Origin: Octopus vulgaris
Taxonomy: Eukaryota
DNA: 64,000 bases
Assembly (NCBI GenBank): GCA_951406725.2
Contig: OX597825.1
Span: 60,016,001 to 60,080,000, forward strand
Direction of reading: 5' to 3'
Part shown: positions 58,618 through 64,000 of the stretch, one piece after another
How positions within the stretch are numbered: the stretch's first letter is position 1
Layout of the letters: every line of letters begins with the position of its first letter
Translations under genes and position numbers: made by a program
Notes under the pieces: generated by a model
Database searches by the model: none
Told to the model about the DNA's origin: nothing
What the model saw: the letters and a program-made list of their open reading frames with translations, nothing else

Positions 58618-59934
58618 TATACGCATGTATGTATATACATATATATACAGAGAGAGACGGAGAGAGAAATAAGGAGAAGGAGAAAGGGTTGATGTTAGAA
58701 CGGGTGAGACAAAAACAATTTACAAAGAAAAAATATAATGCATGTGGTATAGAAGGGAATTAACAGAGAAGGAAAATGAAAGGGGGTGAAAACAGACGGA
58801 AGGTAAGAGAGGCGTGAAAGTGAGGTATAAGAAAGAGAGAGATAGAGAGAGAATTGGAGAGCGAAAAAGACAGATAGTGAGAAAGAGAGAGGTAAAATGT
58901 GAGAGAGAGGGGGAGGTTGAATGGTGTTAGATAGTTTGGAGGAATGAATACCAATTTAAACCAGTTCATCTATGTGTTTTGAAGAAATAACATATCTATT
59001 TTGGAAATACGCACACCTGAAAATTCCTGAAGAATGCACAAACAAGAAAAAATGGTTCATTTTCTTTCTCACCAACGCTAAGCATTCACAAGAAAAGAAT
59101 GTTTTATAAATCCTTGGAGGACACATAACCTGACTAGAAAATTCATTTTTAAAAATAATATTGATTTGAAAGATAGACACACACAACATGGAGGTATATA
59201 TATATGAAACTGCAATAGATCCCAGTATTCTTCCTCTAAATGTTTTGTCTCGGCTGTCAGATCGCCATAAAAATGATTCAGTTTAAAGCCACTTGGATTT
59301 GAATTGAATAGAATAGAATTTTCAAACCGCCTTGCATTTGTACAGCCGGTAGAAGACTTGATTGCTTATCTTATGCAATTTGTCTTATCTGTCAGGCTTC
59401 TGGATTCAAATGTTTCTGAAATCGACTGTGCCATCATTTGGATCCGATAAAGAAAGTCTGTATCTCTATCTTATCTATCTACTTGCCTACACAAGAATGG
59501 GATGATGTGTAAAAAATATAAGAAGTGTGTGAGCACATTGAAAATGATATCGTTTCAAATGAAATGAAAATAATAGCGCTTCACAGAGAATTAAAACAGA
59601 AGGTTGAAAAAGAAATGACAACAATATGAATATGCGCACGTATTTTCAAACAGTTTGAGAACTCATCAAGGTGAAGATGGCGGAGGTGAAATTAGGAAAT
59701 GAAATGAAACTGTTGTGTGGACGCCTCCAGACGATAAAGTAGGCTAGCCCAAGACGTAGATATAGAGAAAGAATCCTAGATGTCAGCGTAGTGTAGCAGG
59801 AGAAAGCAGAGTAGAGTTGAGTAGTTGAGGCATCCGAACGTGCGACATAACAGGAACAAGTCATCGTAGAGTGGATTGAAAACAAGTGAACACAGAATAC
59901 AAAATATGCTGGCGAGAATTCGCTAGCATACGTA

Positions 59935-60320
59935 TCTATATCTATGGCAATCCCTCAAGGTCCAGGATGATGGTCTTCGCGCAAATTTATTGGTGAGTCC
60001 GCAGGTGACTGATAAGACCAATTCTTGCTCGAAAAGATCGGTCACAGTGCGGACATCTAGTGCCGGAAGGGAGAGTCACACGTGGTTGTTGTTGGCGCTC
60101 CTTCCGTCGTCGTCTTTTCTCCTCCAGCTCTGCAGTCCTTGTAGCGTTTCTTCTGGCCTCCTTTTGTACGCTTGCCGTCTTTGAGTTGGGAGTAGAAGAT
60201 CTGTTTGGGAAGTCGTTCGTCAGTCATTCTAACCACGTGGCCGCTCCATCTTAGTTGGCCTTTGATGACATAGGCTTCGATGCTGGTCATTTTTGCTTTT
60301 TGTAGCATACATATAATGAC
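59935..60320 (-). mobile_element. RTE-clade LINE 3' end fragment
   Basis: [41 protein letters not shown]; C-terminal CPHCDRSFRARIGLISHLRTH zinc finger. Confidence 0.88.
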
Positions 60321-60845
60321 TGAACACGGGTTTATTGCCCGGGCAGGTTACATTCCTTAGATCCAACCAAGCAGGCTGAATATTAGTTGCTTTTACAAAA
60401 TGTATAATTCGTCTGTGTAGGAAGCTGCACAAGCATTTATACATGATCTTATTACATTTACATATAAGAGATGTTATATTAATATATGCATAAATATATG
60501 TGGCATAAAAAAAAAAGCTCTATATATTTTTTACCAAACATGTTTACGCTTACGTCTACGTAATATCATGTAAATATAAAAATACTGCTATATACTTGTT
60601 CGTTCATCTCTCGCTCTCTCTCACTCTCTCTCACTCTCTCTCTCTCTATATCTCTCTCATTCTCTCCCTATTTATATATTTTTTTCTCTCTCTCTATTTC
60701 TCTCTAGTTTCAACTCAGAGCTGCGGTCATGCTGATGCAACGGGAAACTCAGAGTAACAGGTTTTGTTGAATTTTCTGCTGCTTTAAATAAAGTATATTA
60801 CTCTACCGCTTGTATTTGAGTACTCTTTTTTCCACCTTGTTTCAC

Positions 60846-60892
<47 letters not shown>

Positions 60893-62240
60893 TAAAATAT
60901 ATGTGTATGTATATGTATGTTTGTATGCATGTGAGTATGTGTGTGTTTGTGTGTGTGTGTGTGCGTGTACTTTTTTTTCAGGTCTCTCATCAGATAGCTT
61001 TGGCATCATTATTCGCTTTTATGTAAGTCACAACTCTGCGCAAATTTTGTTTTGGGAATATAAATTCACAGTGACTGTGATAAGATATGGACCTGCTACC
61101 AATGACAGATCAAACCACTGTCTTACCCACTAAGCTGTTCTGAAACCTTTAGGCTATTTGAAGAGCAGTTCTTAAAATACCGTGTGTAATAAATATCTGG
61201 AAGATTTAACTCCTGAACAAACTTGTAGTACTAGAAAATTTGTCAATTACATGATGCTATTAATGAATAATATCTTACCCATCCCGGCTACTGCCCAATT
61301 TTTGTTGTTATGTATCTATACTTCGCAACATTTTTACAAGTAAAAGATTTCAGAGCTGGAAGACATTTCTTTCGAACGAATCCTTCTATCTGCCATTAGA
61401 AAATGAATAGAAAGATTTAGATATTGAGTGAACTACTAAAAATGTACAATGTACATGTTGAATATATTCCCGTAGGAATAAAGTTATATATATTTAAGCA
61501 ATTCAGGATATTGTACCTTACCAACTCATAAAACGTTCCCATTTCTGTAAAACAAATGTCCTGTAGCGCTATTCATTGCGATAAATGTAACCTGATTTTT
61601 TCCACAGGGTCTATCAACTTCGAAATTAAAACCTGTTACTAAATCTAGCTATGATATTGATCCCGGAGCTTCAATGTAAAATAGATTTGTTAAGCTTCAT
61701 TCTCTGCTATTTACGTTTATTTTTATTGTGCACTGTACTTATTCAAACACAAATTATCTTAAGAATTGAAGTTCAATTGCCTTAACTCTATCATTTCCAG
61801 TCTATTAAATTTGATTTATTGTTTGTATATTGATTATTGTTATTTTCTTTAAATGTAGCAAATTTCTGATGCAATAGCTGGCACATTTATGAAAATGTTA
61901 GGTTTGCCATTATTGCCTAATTTAAGATTTCAGTCCACTTCGGCTATGTGTGTTGATATGGTAGCATGTCCTGTACATTGCTAAATCTTACACCTGAAAG
62001 TTTTTGCGGCAATATCTCTAACAAAATAATTCCAGAAGCAGTATTAGAACTAGAATGAATACTACTACGCTCACAATATATAATTAAGTCTTCGCATCTT
62101 TCATGAAGTATCCAATTCAGTTTCGCAACTCTTAATTGCAAAAACAAACTACTTTATCCATCATATTCTCATAAAGAAAATTCCATCGTAACGTATTATG
62201 AACTTTCTATGAAGATAGGACGACAGCATTAAGCATATAT

Positions 62241-62638
62241 TACTCTTCACTCTTTTACATGTTTCAGTCATTTGACTGTTACCATACTGGAGAACTGCCT
62301 TTAGTCGAGCAACTCGACCCCAGGACTTATTCTTTGTAAGCCTAGTACTTATTCTATCGATTTCTTTTGCCGAACCGCTAAGTTACGGGGACGTAAACAC
62401 ACCAGCATCGGTTGTCAAGTGATGTGGGGGGCGGGAGGGGCAAACACAAACACATAAACACACACACACATATGTATATACGACGGCTTCTTTCAGTTTC
62501 CATCTACAAAATCAACTCACAAGGCTTTGGTCGACCCGAGGGTATTGTGGAAGACACTTGCCCAAGGTGCCACATAGTGGGAATGAACCCGCAACCAAGT
62601 GGCTGGTAAGCAAGCTACTTACCACACAGTCACTCCTG
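62241..62638 (-). mobile_element. tRNA-derived SINE family A
   Basis: Reverse complement of family A. Confidence 0.88.
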
Positions 62639-63534
62639 ACAGTAAGGCAAAAATATGTTTCTGACACGAATATCTGAACAGAGCCAACGCTTGTTACGCA
62701 TGTCACATGTTTTACTCGATAGAATTTAACTGTTTGAGTTTTATAATTATGACTTGTTTCAGCCAAATTTCAGAGGCCAACCCTGGACCGCCTCATGCAC
62801 AATACATCAACTGCTTGCACAAGCTTTCTTTTAGAACCACAACAAAAGATTTCTACAACAACCAAGTTGCTAATTTTGTCATTATTCCGTTTTTGTAAAC
62901 GCAAATATTTTATTGCAATAAAAAGTTTAAAAAATAAATATTCCACAGCTGTAAATGCATCAACTTAACGAAAATATTAAATATTTGCTGACCTTTTATA
63001 AAAATGTCATGCAGAATATGTCAAACGTACATGTTTCTGTTTCGGTTTATTGATTAGTTACCTATTCAAACAGGCAAGCGAATGGTGTATTGTTTAGGCT
63101 GTTGGACTCACGATCGTAAATTGATGGATTCAACTTTCGGGCAGGCGACCAGTTATGTTCTTGGTTAAGACTTTTACAATGAATTAGTTCAGTTCTCTGA
63201 AAGCTAAGAGATATAATGAATGATTACAACCCTGATATATAATCATACACTAACGTTACTGATCTTGGACGAATGAAAGAAAAAACAACAAAAGGTTGGA
63301 TTTGAAAACCTTCCAACTACAGGCCATTTGTTACAAGAAACATAGTTGTGTATTCTTATTAATAACGGAAGAATAAAGTTATGACTATTATTCTTTAAAC
63401 CTATACCGTAAATTAACACGATGTAAATAAAGTAAATCACAACCTCGGTGTGTAGCTCTGTGTATAAGAAACACGAATTCTATGTTATGTTTTTTACTTT
63501 TATACTGATTTCGTCCTTAGCCACTACACACATT

Positions 63535-63686
63535 TTTTTCTCTCCTTGTTTTTTTCTGTGTCCCTTTCTGTAGAAGAGGGTAGGCTCGAAACGTAAAAGA
63601 CTTTTTCTATTCCTGAGCGTTATTCTAATACATCTGTTTGTATTGTACACCACCTGTCTTCGTCTTTTGTTATTTCCATAAACTGT

Positions 63687-63690
<4 letters not shown>
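63535..63690 (+). repeat. pLTR-like remnant with variant HHR-like motif (63564-63599) abutting (TA)n
   Basis: CUUU-CUGUAGA-A-GAG(GGUAGG)CUC-GAAAC-GUA-AAAG. Confidence 0.45.
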
Positions 63691-63753
<63 letters not shown>

Positions 63754-64000
63754 TATACATATATATACATATATACATATATATATAAATTTAAGTCACA
63801 TTATCTGGATTTAAGTAACACGTTAGTACTCATAAAGTATCGTTCTAAAAACATATGGAAGATATAGTAAGATAAAATTGAAAACGATAAGCTTAAATTC
63901 CACATTATTTTGAAGAATTTTCTTCACTTAGCATTAATGCAGACATGTAAGTAATTTATTTATCATTAAATATAATAGTATGAATTATTTACATATTTTT

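Noticed and set aside
61180-62210. Possible decayed DNA-transposase sequence
   Set aside because: Too degraded to assign by eye; would need a translated search.

Overview
AT-rich, microsatellite-saturated eukaryotic non-coding DNA. The repeat landscape is consistent with a cephalopod (octopus-like) intergenic or intronic region; this is an inference. No intact host protein-coding gene is evident, and most listed ORFs are translations of simple repeats. Recognisable elements are three decayed mariner transposons, a TTAA MITE, a solo LTR, a Ty3/Gypsy pol remnant, R4/Dong, Tx1/L1 and RTE LINE fragments, a Penelope-like (GIY-YIG) fragment and many copies of three tRNA-derived SINE families. The standout signal is about 15 intact, variant or decayed type I hammerhead ribozyme (HHR) motifs from several families, mostly in palindromic or tandem pseudo-LTR-like repeats inserted in (TA)n. 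The best example is a very young array at 18.4-20.5 kb: one inverted plus three direct ~492-bp highly structured units, each with an HHR, i.e. a candidate retrozyme/circular-RNA-producing element. A second 496-bp HHR tandem and a G3:C8 core-swapped minimal HHR family are also present. All folds were read by eye and none is shown to cleave.
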